Virus record (IMG/VR): IMGVR_UViG_3300042448_001903
Coordinates: 1 to 64,000 of that record
Origin: a virus
Taxonomy: Duplodnaviria > Heunggongvirae > Uroviricota > Caudoviricetes > Crassvirales
Reading direction: 5' to 3' (one strand)
DNA length: 64,000 nt
The translations under genes and the position numbers were made by a program. The notes below the pieces were generated by a model that was not told the DNA's origin, made no database searches, and saw only the letters and a program-made list of their open reading frames with translations. Position 1 is the stretch's first letter. The number at the start of each line of letters is the position of its first letter. Of this stretch, positions 35,915 to 47,900 are shown in pieces.

Positions 35915-38900
35915 GTGATCAAAACTTCTTAGATTGGGCAAATAATATTAAAAATGAAGGTCTAGCTAGATTGGATGAGGGTATTCCTCAAGGAGTGGGA
36001 CCTAGTGGGTCTGGTGGAGAGAATAGAAACAATCCTTTAGAAGATCTTCAGAGAGCTAGAATGGAAGCTTTCGGTATGGAAGATACAAGCAAATATGCTT
36101 ATTCCACCCAAGAAACTTCCAAGAGATACCCTAAAACATTTAGGAATGTTGATAATGAAGAGTTATATGCCCAAGGACAAGCTTGGACAAACAAAATGAT
36201 TAATGGTGTAGGCAAAGGACTTGCTTTAACAGGAACCACATTTTTACAGTCTACAGCTGGATTGGTTAATGGTGTGGCTAATTGGGCCCAAACAGGAAAG
36301 TTTTCATCATTTTATGATAATGATTTTAATAGAAGTCTAGATGAATTTAATCAAGATCTTGAAGATAAATGGGCTAACTATTATACAAAAGAAGAAAAAG
36401 ACGCAGATTGGTACTCTCCTAAGAAATGGTTTACAGCTAATTTCTTCTGGGATGGCATTATTAAAAATATGGGATTTTCAGCAGGAGCTGCTTTATCTGG
36501 AGGTGTGTATGCTTCTGTTTTAAAAGCTCTTCCTCTTACATCAAAACTATTTGCAGCAGGTAAATCTGCAGAAGCTTTAGTGGCTACAGAAGAGGCTCTT
36601 CTTGCTGCTGATAAAGGAGCTAGCATGTTTGGTAAGATAAAAAGTATTTCTGATAAATACCTATCTACATATAATAGTCTTAATGCTGGTGGTAGAGCTG
36701 TTGTTGCAGGACTTGCTACAACAGGAGAGGCAGGATTTGAAGCTTATAATAATTCTAATGAATTTAGAAAAAAGAAAATAGAGGAATATAAAGCACAAAA
36801 CTTTGGACTTGCTCCAACAGGTGAAGATCTTGAAAAAATTAATAATGAGGCAGAAAATGTAGGTACATCTTCTTTCCTTCTTAACACTGCTCTATTAACA
36901 GCTACTAACTATATTCAGTTTCCTAAAATACTAGGAGCTTCGTATAAGGCTGAAAAAGGGATTGTTAATGGTCTTACAAAAGAAGTGGCAGATGTTACTA
37001 AAGATGCTGCTGGTAATTTAGTAAAGGCCCCTTCATTCTTTAAAAACAGAGTTTTATCTACATTAAATAATATAAGGCCTTACACATTTTCTATATCTGA
37101 AGCTTTTGAAGAAGGCGCACAATTTGCTATTCAATCAGGCACACAAGATTATTATAATAAAAAATACAGAGGAGCTTCAGCTGATTTTATTGATAGTCTT
37201 AAAGAAGGAGTTAAACAAACCCTCACTACTAACGAGGGAATGGAAAATGTCCTTATTGGTGGTTTATCTGGGGCCTTAATGATGGCTAAAGGGAAAATAC
37301 AAGAGAGTAGAGAAAAAGCAAAAGATACAGCAGAATTTATTAAAAAAGCCAATGAATGGAAATTCTCTGATTTTACAAAGGAAACAATATCTGCTGTTAA
37401 TAGAGGCACTGCTATTCAAGAGGATAGAGAAAAAGCTTTAAGACAAGGAGATGTTTTAGAGAGTAAAGATCTTGAACAAGATTATATTATCAACTACCTA
37501 ACACCTAGAATTAAATATGGCAGAATGGATCTTGTTCGTTCTGACATAGAAGATTATAGAAAATTAGCAATGACTGAAGAAGGATTTGCACAATTAAAGG
37601 CGGAGGGTAAAGCATTAGAGGGAGACACTAGAGAGCAATATTTACAGAGAATAGAAAATCTTGAACAAACTGCTGATAGCATAAAATCTTTATACCAATC
37701 TATTAATTTAAGATATGGTAATCTTATCACCAAAGATGGTAAACCTGTATACTCTCCAGAGACAATAAATAAAATGATTTATGCTGCTACTAAAGTGGCA
37801 GATTATGATAAAAGAATACCACAACTATCTGGTTCTTTGGAGGCTATAAATATAGATGTTGATACAGTTATTAATGATGTTGTAGCTGGAAGTAGTGATT
37901 CTTTTAATGCTGCTATGGCAGAAATTGATGCTCTTGGTAAAAATTTATTACCAGAAAAAGTGGCAGATCTTAAAATAGCTTTAGAAGATGTGGCTGAATT
38001 ATCTGCACGTAGAGCTAAGTTTTTAGATGAATATAATGATATTAAAAACAATCCAGAGAAATATACAGAAGAGGAAGAAGAAGAATTTGCTCCTGATACA
38101 AAAATTAAAGAAAAGCAGATTGTTAAAATTAAGACAAAAGATGGGGAAGAAGATATTGAAGTGGGTACAGAGTATTATTTAGGTAGTGTTGTCTCTTATA
38201 GTAAAGATGGTAAAGAAGTTCATAACTTTCCTAAGTTAACAATTCTTGGTGAAAATGAGGATGGCACAATAAGAATAAAAGGGTCTACAGGAATTATTAA
38301 AAATATATCTAAGGAAGAACTGGCTAGTTATAAGTTGGGGAAGGTGAGTGATACAGAAAAAAATAAAAAAGCTAAGTTTTACATGGATAATATTAATACC
38401 GTATATGAACATTACGGTATTAAAGTGAATGGACAGCCTGCAAAAGGAAGACTTCAATATTCTCCTAAAGAAGGAATTTTATTATTTGTATACAAAGATG
38501 CAAAAGGAAAAATAAGAACAAAAGAAATTGTAGGACAAGACTTTAAAGCTAAAGAAGGCTACCAACATGGAATGATAAAAGCTTTTGGTACTCTTACAGC
38601 TGTTCAACAAAAATCAGAAGAAGAGTTTGCTGCTGAAAGAGACGCAAGAATAGAAGCAAGAAGAGCTAGTAGACTTGAAATACTTACTAATTTATTTGAC
38701 AATCTTTCTGCTAAGCTAGACAAAACTAATACACTTATTGCTCAGAAAAAAGAGCAAGTGGATAGGATTGTTGAGGAGATGAAAGTATTAGAAGAAAAAA
38801 TTAGTAGTGGTGCTATCACTAAGAAAAACAATTTTAAATCTTCTACAAATAAAGCAATTAAAGCTGCTAATAGACTTTCTAGAATGAAGGAAGACCTTCG

Positions 38901-41900
38901 TTTAGAAATAGAAGCATTAGAAGCTGAAAGAGATGAGATAGAGTTTAATCAGTCTTATGTAGCTGATATGGCTCAAAATATTGATGAGTTTCCTGAGGAA
39001 GGAAAAGATTTATTAGAAGATCTTAATGAGCAAGCTTTAAATTTAAACCTATTACAAGAAAGTGTAGGAAAACAAATTAATGCTTTGTCTAAATTAATGG
39101 ATCAAGTGGACGGTGCATTAAAAACAGCTGTTGATTTTGCATTAGATCTTATTAAAAAGTTTGAAGCAAAATATCCAAATCTTCCATATACACCATTAGG
39201 ACTTGTAGAGTTTTTAAATAAAGATCTTTCTGCTAAAGGTGTCTATCCAGATTATCAATCTTACTTACAGGCAAACCCAAATCTATTATCAGATCTTTCT
39301 GAATTTGAAAGAGATATTGCTGATATAGATGAACTTGACGTCATTCCTAATGAAAGATCTTTAGAAGAACTTAGGAAAGAAATGGAGGGGTTACAAAATC
39401 AGCTTAAAGAGGTAGAAAAAGAAATTAAAGCAAAAGAATTAATTTTAAATACATTTGAGGAAGTAGCTAAAAAACATAAACAACAAAAAGAACAGGAAGC
39501 TAGACTGGCTAAAAATGAAGAGTTTAAACAAGCTATTTTAGGAACAATGGTAGCTGATCAACAAACTCTTCAGTATGATGAAACTTATGAGCCTGATGCT
39601 AAAAAGGATGACATTTCTATTGTCACTAGTACAAAGGTGCCTTCAAAGTCAGACAAGCCTCATCATATAAGAGCTAATAAGTTTGGTAACAATTTCCCCA
39701 CTCTTCCTAATAAAGCAAATATCCGTGGTGTATTAGTTACAATTAACAACCAAGCTAGTCTTATACCTGGATTAATAGATAGACTTTTTGGAGAAGGCAC
39801 ACCAGAGCAAAAAGCAGGAGTGATAGCTCTTGTTATGGTTAATACAGATGGAGAACTTGTTGATGTTAATGGAGAAGTTATTCCTGAAGGAGTAGATAAA
39901 TTAGATAATGCAATATATCAGGTGATGCCTGATGAGGGATTAGAATGGAGTGCTGAATATAGTAAGAGTGGTAAGCCATCTTCTATGTTTAGAAGTACCA
40001 CTCCAGATAATGTTAAAAAGGCATTAATAGAGCAGTATAAAACATGGAGAGATGGTATATTATCAACTGTTGACCTTGTACAATATAGAATAGACGCTTC
40101 ATTTGGTATTTTACAAAATGAAAAATATACAGATGATAAAGGAGTTGAACAGACTAACTACCGAGCTAAAAACTCTGTAGAAGAGGCTGGACTTGTTCCA
40201 AAAGGATTAGAAAACAATAATGTAATTGTTCTTCGTACTACAGAAGGTGCGGAAGAAAATGGTAGCGTTACATTTACTAATGCTAAAGGTAGACCATTAT
40301 TAAAGACAGCAAATGGTCTTGTTAAACTAAACAATAGAAAGTTTAATGAGAAAGAAGCTTCTTTAATATATAATATGATTTTAAGACTTTCTAGAAATGT
40401 AGAAAAAGATGGTAATGCTAAATCAGCAGATTCTTTAGTTATATTAGATTGGCTCAAATCTGTTGTATATTGGGGAGTTCCTAAAGTGGTTGATGGTAAC
40501 AGAAAGAATCCAGGATATAACAGTATATGGTTTGAAAAAGATGCAGATGGAATATTAAAATTATTCTTATCTGGAAAAGGAGGAAACATTCCTTTTGGTC
40601 CATTATCCATTCAAGAAAACCAAGATAATTTAATGTCTCTTATACAGGACATGTATAATAATGTTAATGCCACTATTATAAATAAATCTTGGAATGAACC
40701 TTATTCTGAAATTATTGGTGTTAAAAAAGATGGATCTTTAGAAATAAAAACATGGCCTAACTACCAATCTTATCTACTATCTAATAAAGATGCGGATGGT
40801 AATAAAAGAAATGCAGAGAATATTCCTCTTACAACAATAGCTCGTCCTTTAAAAAATGAGGAAGATGTTAATAGAGAAGGGGTTTATTTTACAATCACTG
40901 ATAATGCGGATAAGTTTGTTATTCCAAAAACAGTGGTAACAACACCGAAGGTGCTAACCCCAACAGCCCCAGCAGCTCCTGTAGCTCCTACACCAGCAGC
41001 TAAAATAGTTGTTGATGGCTATACATTTGATGGAGAGGCAAAAAATAACATTACCCTTTTAGGTAAATATAATATTAATTTTTCATATGATGCTATAAAA
41101 GGAGTGTTTCAAGGAGAACTGTCTGGAGATGGTATCGAAAAAGCAATAGCTGATCTTAACGCACCAGAAGAACAAATTAAAGATGCTTTTGCAGGATCAA
41201 TTGTAAAAACTTTAGCTCCACAGATAGAAGAATATAAAAAGAAAGTGGCTGAACAAACAGCTCCTGTAGCAGCAGAAATTATAAGTGAGGAAGCTAAAAC
41301 AGAAATTGCATCTGAAGGAATGACAGAGTCAGATCTTGACAAAATAAGAAGACAAATGATGGAATCTTCTGATGAAGATGGTCCTGTGTTTAGAGAGAAA
41401 ATTGCTAAAGAAATAGAAAAATTTGAGGGAGAGAATTGGCAGAAGGTGGAAAAGTGGTTAAAAGAAAACTTTCCAAATGTTCCTGTATATAGAGTGAAGA
41501 ATGTAATACAAGCTACTAATGGTAGACAAGCTTGGGGTATGTTTCAAGACGGTGCTATATACATATATGAGAATGCGGAAGTGGGCACTGTTTACCATGA
41601 GGTTTTTGAAGCTGTATGGAAAATGTTTTCTGATGCTGAAGAACAAGCTAATGTATTAGCTGAGTTTAAAGCTAGAAAAGGTTCTTTTATAGACAGACCT
41701 ACAGGAAAAGAAGTTAAATATTCTGAGGCCACTAATCAAGAAGCTAAAGAACAACTAGCAGAAGAGTTTAGAGATTATGTAATGTATAAAAAAATTCCAG
41801 GTAAACCAACTTCTGGAAGACCATTTATATTAAAATTATTTGCAGACCTCGTTAGTTTTATTAAGGAATTTTTTACAGGAAATAAGGCTGGAAGTAATAC

Positions 41901-44900
41901 AGAAAAACTATTCTCTAAAATAGGAAATGGATATTACAAACAATATTCTCCATATCACTCAGCACTTTCTTTCGCTAAAGAAGGAGTGATTGATATAGAA
42001 GAAGCTATTGCAAATGCTGGGGCAGAGTTTAGTATAATTGGAATGAATGGTCAGGAAAGACATGATGTTATACAAAACATGACCTACCTCACTTTAAAGA
42101 ATATTTTCAGAGATAATAAAAGCTTTTTTACTATTCCAAATATTAACAAAACGGAATTATATATAAAATTAAAAGACCAAGTTCAAAAAGACATTCTTAA
42201 AACTGTAAGTTCTACAAAAGCTTTAATTGAGAAAGGTACATTTACAGAAAAACAAGGGGCTCCTCACATAGAAAAATCTCTTGCTTTATGGAAGGCTGTA
42301 GAAGATAATTGGGATGAGTTTAAATTTAAACACGAGGAATATTTAAGAGGATATTCAATAGAATTTGATGAGAATGATAATGCAACATTAACAGATGAGA
42401 ACAATTCTGGAAAATCAGATTATCAAGATGCTAGAAAAATTGACAATTTTAAAAAGGCTAATGCAGCTATAAAAATGTTATTATCCACTGTTGCTAGAGT
42501 GGATAGAGATGGTAATATGGACCGTTCTACAGTGAATGGTGCTAAGTTAATTCCTACTAGTGAGGTTTTTATGAAAGTAATGAACCAAGTTCATAGTGCC
42601 AAGACTATAGAAGAAATGTTACAAGGACTTAAAGAATTAGGTTTAAAAGATAATAATTATAAAACATTATATGAAAGACTTACTAAATCTGCTATAACTG
42701 TTAAAGGAATTGATTATTCTAATTTAACAGAACCACATGAGGCCCAATTACTTGCTTCATTCTGGAAAACATTTAAGAAAATGAATGCTGATGTAAAAGC
42801 AGTGTTTATTCTTTCTAATGATGATGTTGTAATAGGAGATTCAAATCTTTCTTCTGCAGCAAGACAATTAAGATCAGATTTTATTTCTCAAATAGTTGAT
42901 GCAATAAAAACTAAGAAAAGTTCTTATTTTGTATATGATGATAAGACTAGAAGATTTAAAGGAGAGCCTAAATCTGTTCCTAAAACTCTTTTAAGTGCAT
43001 CAGCAAGAATAGCGTTTTTAGAAAAATTAGGAATATCTTTTACAGAGGAAGAATTAAAATCTCTTAACAGTGATAAATTAAAAGTATTTAACACAGCTGT
43101 AGATGGTATTAGAACAAGTATTGAGCAAGCTAAAGAAATAGCCACTATATCTGGTAAGGTGTTAGATATTGAGGGCCAGCTATTAAAACTAGCTACAATA
43201 AAAGCAATAATTACCACTCCAGAATTTGACAGTACATATTTCAATCTTAATGGAGAAAGAGTGCAGTCTTTTATAGGAACCAATCCTGGTAGTGATCTTT
43301 ACGATGTACTTTCTCAGGTTAACAATTTAAATGATGTTCCCGCTCAATATCAGTATTTATTAACAGATTCTTTTGTTAAGAATTCTGTTATATTAAACAA
43401 AATGTTTAATTTAGAGACAGGGGAAAAAAGAGAAGATATTGAAAACTATTTATCTATAGGATATGTAGATGGTACAATTAATGAACAGAGTGGTAAGAAA
43501 AAAGAATCTTCTAAGTTAACCTATAGAGAAAGATTAATACAAGAAATTAATTTAAATCTTAATGGATATTATATGAATCTTGTCCCTGGAGATGCTTCTA
43601 TGGAATGGATGGCATATATGGGTAATCATGTTTCTGTAAAAAGATTAAGAGCTACAGGAATGGAAGATGTTAATAAAATATTTAAAGGATATTTTATTTC
43701 AGAATTACTATTATCTAGAGATGTAAATAGAAACACAAAAGAGACAAAAACTAGAAAAAGTACAGATCTTAGATTCTTTAAACCTATTCTTGGAGAGAAG
43801 TTGCATAATGATATTGTGAAAGAAACTGGAACTCCAGAAGAAGTTTATAAAAAATATGAGTCAAAAATTAATGCTGCTCTAAAGAGTTTTATTGAGGAAG
43901 ATGTAAATAAATTTAGAAATAATTTACTTTCTTATGGTATTATAAATAAAACAGATTTAGGCTGGGAAGTGGAAAACATAGCACTTTCAGAGTCTGTGTT
44001 TGAAAATATTGATGATTTAAACAGAGAGTTGACAGCTTTGAATATCAACTTTATGATTAACAATATAGAACTTCATAAGTTATTATATTCAGATCCTTAT
44101 CAATACAGCGATGAATTAAAACGTATTAAAAACTTTCTCTCTCCTAGACAACGTTTATTAGGATCAGACAATATAAATTCACTATTAAATAATGTTTGGA
44201 ATAAAGGCTTTAAAAAAGGAGATTTAGGGTATACAGATTTTAATAAAAATTACTTTAAGACCACAACACTAGCTGATATTGTAGGAGTGATTGATCTTCC
44301 TGGATATAAAGAATATGAAGAAACGGATGGTAGTGGTATAATTTCTTTTAAAGCGTATAGAAATTTTAGAATTCGTTCTGGAGAATGGAATGAAAACGAA
44401 GAGCTTCAATATAAGTTTGATATTAAATTTGAAGAAGCTGCTAAATCAGGAGCCTCTAAGGAAGAGTTACAAAAGCTTCTTAATAAGAATCCTGCTGCAA
44501 AGAGTGCTTATACACCAGTTAAACCTATTGTAGCTGGAAATAAAGATAATGGTAAAAATTACAATGATGTAATGCTAGACAAGTTTGCATTATATCCATT
44601 ATCATATAGAGTGATGTATGAGATAAATGCTTCTTCCAACGCATTAAAGCTTTATGATAAAATGCAGGAAGAAAACATTGATTATGTAGTGTTTAAGAGT
44701 GCTAGAAAAGTGGGAGCTGAAAAAACTAATTCTGTATATAACGAGGATGGTAGTTTTAACACTAATGAGTTTGAAGGAGTGTTCAATGTTCCTTTTGACA
44801 TAATGAGTGTTCAATCTGAAGTGCCTTCTAAAGACACTCCTTTGGTAACTAGAGGATCCCAGGTGACAAAACTCATCACTATGGATTATATGGAAGCAGG

Positions 44901-47900
44901 AGTTCCTGTAGACTTTGAAGAAACAAAAACATTTCCAGAAAGGTATAAAGCTTGGTATGCATTAGACGAAGAAGGTAGAATAAAAGAATCTACTCTTTAT
45001 AAAGAAATAAAAAACAATCAAAATCTTTTAGAAGCTATTGCTACAGAAGGATATAACTCTTTATTGAATAAATTGCATATAACAGAAACTACTGATGGAT
45101 ATGTTATTGAACCAGATAATGTTGAAAAAGTTGCAGAGTTTTTAAGACAAGAGTTATTAAAAAGAGAGGTTAATGATAATATAAGTGAGGCTGTAAGAAA
45201 TTATGCACAAGGTTCTGTAATATTAGAGGCCACACCTGCCTACCAACAAATAAGAAATATTTTATATTCCATAGCAGATAAGGAAGTAATTTCTCCTAAA
45301 ATTTCTGGTGGATTAAAAGTACAAATTCCTGCTGCTTTATTAGAATCTACAAAAACAGAATTAAGAGAAATTAACGGAAAACTAGGATATACATCTGACA
45401 CTCTTGAGTTTTATAAGGATGAGGATGGTAAACGTGTGTGTGAAATAATGGTGGGTAGATGGTTTAAGAGTGATTTGTCTGACGAAGAGCTTTTAAAATA
45501 TTTAAATGAAACTCCAGAAGGACAAAAAATTCTATCTGGACTTGCATACCGTATTCCTACACAAAAGCAAAACTCTATTGATGTTTTTAAAATTAAAAGA
45601 TTTCTTCCTAAGGAATTTGGAGACTCTGTTGTAATTCCCTCAGCATTGGTTCAGAAAGTGGGATCTGACTTTGATATAGATAAACTTTCTATATACTTTA
45701 AAAACGTATTTAAAAATGCTAAAGGAAATATAGAGATTGTACCATTTTTTGGTATAGATCCTAATAACAAAAATAAATATGAAGATATTTTCTTTGATAT
45801 TTTACAAAGCAAAATAGATAAAGCAGAAGCTAAAAAAATATCTACAGCTGATTTACAGTCTTTATTCAGTGATATTTCTTTGGGAATATCTAGTGACAAA
45901 ACAGCTAATAAATGGATTCCTATTTTTAAACAAATGTTTGAAAAAGAAACTGAAGACGGTAAATTATTAGTTGCTGATATTGAGGAAATTTTTATAAAAA
46001 GATTAGAAAAACTTGGTAAAAAACTTTCTGAATTAACTAATTGGGATGTACAGCAGATTTTATTAGAAGAGTTTAAAGACAAAATGTACAAAGAGTCTTT
46101 AGAAAATGAATATATAGAGTCTTGTGAAAAACTTGTTTCTCATCCTAAAAATTTCAAAAGACTTACTTCTCCAAACTCCGCAGATCAACTTAAAGATTTA
46201 TCTAAAAAAATCTCTGATAAATTAGGAGTGGGGGCTTTTAACTATGATTCTACAGGAAACATGCTAAACAGGGTGTTTATGTCAAGACTTAGACAAGCAT
46301 TTGTTAGTGGTAAATATGCTATTGGTATTGCTGCTGTAAGTCAAACTAATCACTCATTAAATCAGAGATCTCCTATTTACATAGATAAAAATAAATTAGC
46401 AATACAGGATGCTGCTGACAGAGAGTGGTTGGGTGATGCAGAAATTAACTTTGAACAGTATAACAGTATAGAAGTGGATGGAGAAAAAGTTCCTACACTT
46501 TCTATGATAGAAAATGCAGAAGGCCAAGATATATCAGATATAAATGGACAGTTTATTGATGGATATGTGGATATATCTAAAGGACCCTGGATTATGGAAT
46601 TAGGAGCCACTCCTAATGTAGCTAGTACATGGTTGTTTTTAGCTAAGATAGGTGTACCAATCGACACTATTGCTTATTTCATGAACCAACCCATTGTGAG
46701 AGATTATTTAAAATCCATAGAAAGGTCTGGGTATTCTTGGTTATTTATTGGGGACATATTTGAAGATGTTATTTCTAAATATGATTCATCTATTACAAAG
46801 CCCACTAAAATACCTAGCAAGAGTAAATTATGGGATATGATTGGAGAAGGAGAAAATTTATCTCCAGAGCAGAAAGCAGATCAAAGATTTATCCTATCTG
46901 AGTTTGTTAAGTATGCTAAGATGGCTAATCAGCTATACTTAGTTACACAGGGTTCTAATTTTGATACAGCTTCTTTTAATGATCCATTTTTAGTATTTAA
47001 GAAAATGGAACAACTTAAAAAAGCAAAAACATCTATTATATCTTCTGTAGATGATATATTAGAAAATTCTTTCATAGGAAATTTAAGTGATTTATTGCTT
47101 AAATTAAGAAATGCTCTTTCTACAATACTTGTTTCTGACCAAACTAATGTTAGAGGAGTTATGGAAAAAGTGTTACTTCCGTATATAAATGAATCGGATA
47201 GGGATTTTGTTAAAATTTCTCAAAAGGCAGTGAATGATCTTTTTGATTGGGCAGTGCAGAATGATAGAGATCTTAATACAATGGTACAAAGAATTCTTTT
47301 AGAAAATAACAATGTGGCTAAACAAATGTCAGATTTTATTGTAGATGTTAAAAAATCTAGCAAACATCCTTTAAAAGATAATATTTTAATAAATAGTCTT
47401 GTTCCTGTATTTTCTCAAAAACTAGAAAACGGAACAAACAATTTAAAGATTGTTGGTAGAGATAATAAAGTGTATGATCAAAATCAAATTATCTATGCTT
47501 TTGAAGAACTAAAACAATACTTTAAAGGTATAAAAAGTCCTTTATATGGAAACTTAGTTAGGCTCGCTGTTTTGCAATCTGGATTAAATAGGTCTCCAAT
47601 ATCATTTACATCTCTTATTCCTTATGAAGATTTTAAAGAAATCTACAATAAGACCCTATCAAAGCTTGAGACAATTCCAAATCTTAATGATTTTTATAAA
47701 TTAGGAGTTTTTCAAAGAAATAATTGGAATGATGGAGATGTTGTTCCTAGTAGAAGACTAGTTAAAAAACAAGATCAATTTGGTAATTGGAGATATAAAA
47801 ATTTTGATTTTTTTAGAAATTTATCTGGGTTTAATAAACCTATGGAAACTGGAGATATTCCTCAATTGATTAAGTTTAATACAAAATCCAGGGAAGCAGA

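Noticed and set aside
36381-46667. Numerous 60-150-aa minus-strand ORFs inside the 4157-aa gene (for example 36381..36626, 40158..40610, 42924..43283, 45651..46091, 46377..46667), and similar ones inside the 2150-aa and 1315-aa genes
   Set aside because: All lie antisense within long, compositionally coherent + strand ORFs in an AT-rich genome where stop-free antisense frames arise by chance. They are Ser/Leu/Phe-rich and lack starts with plausible upstream signals.
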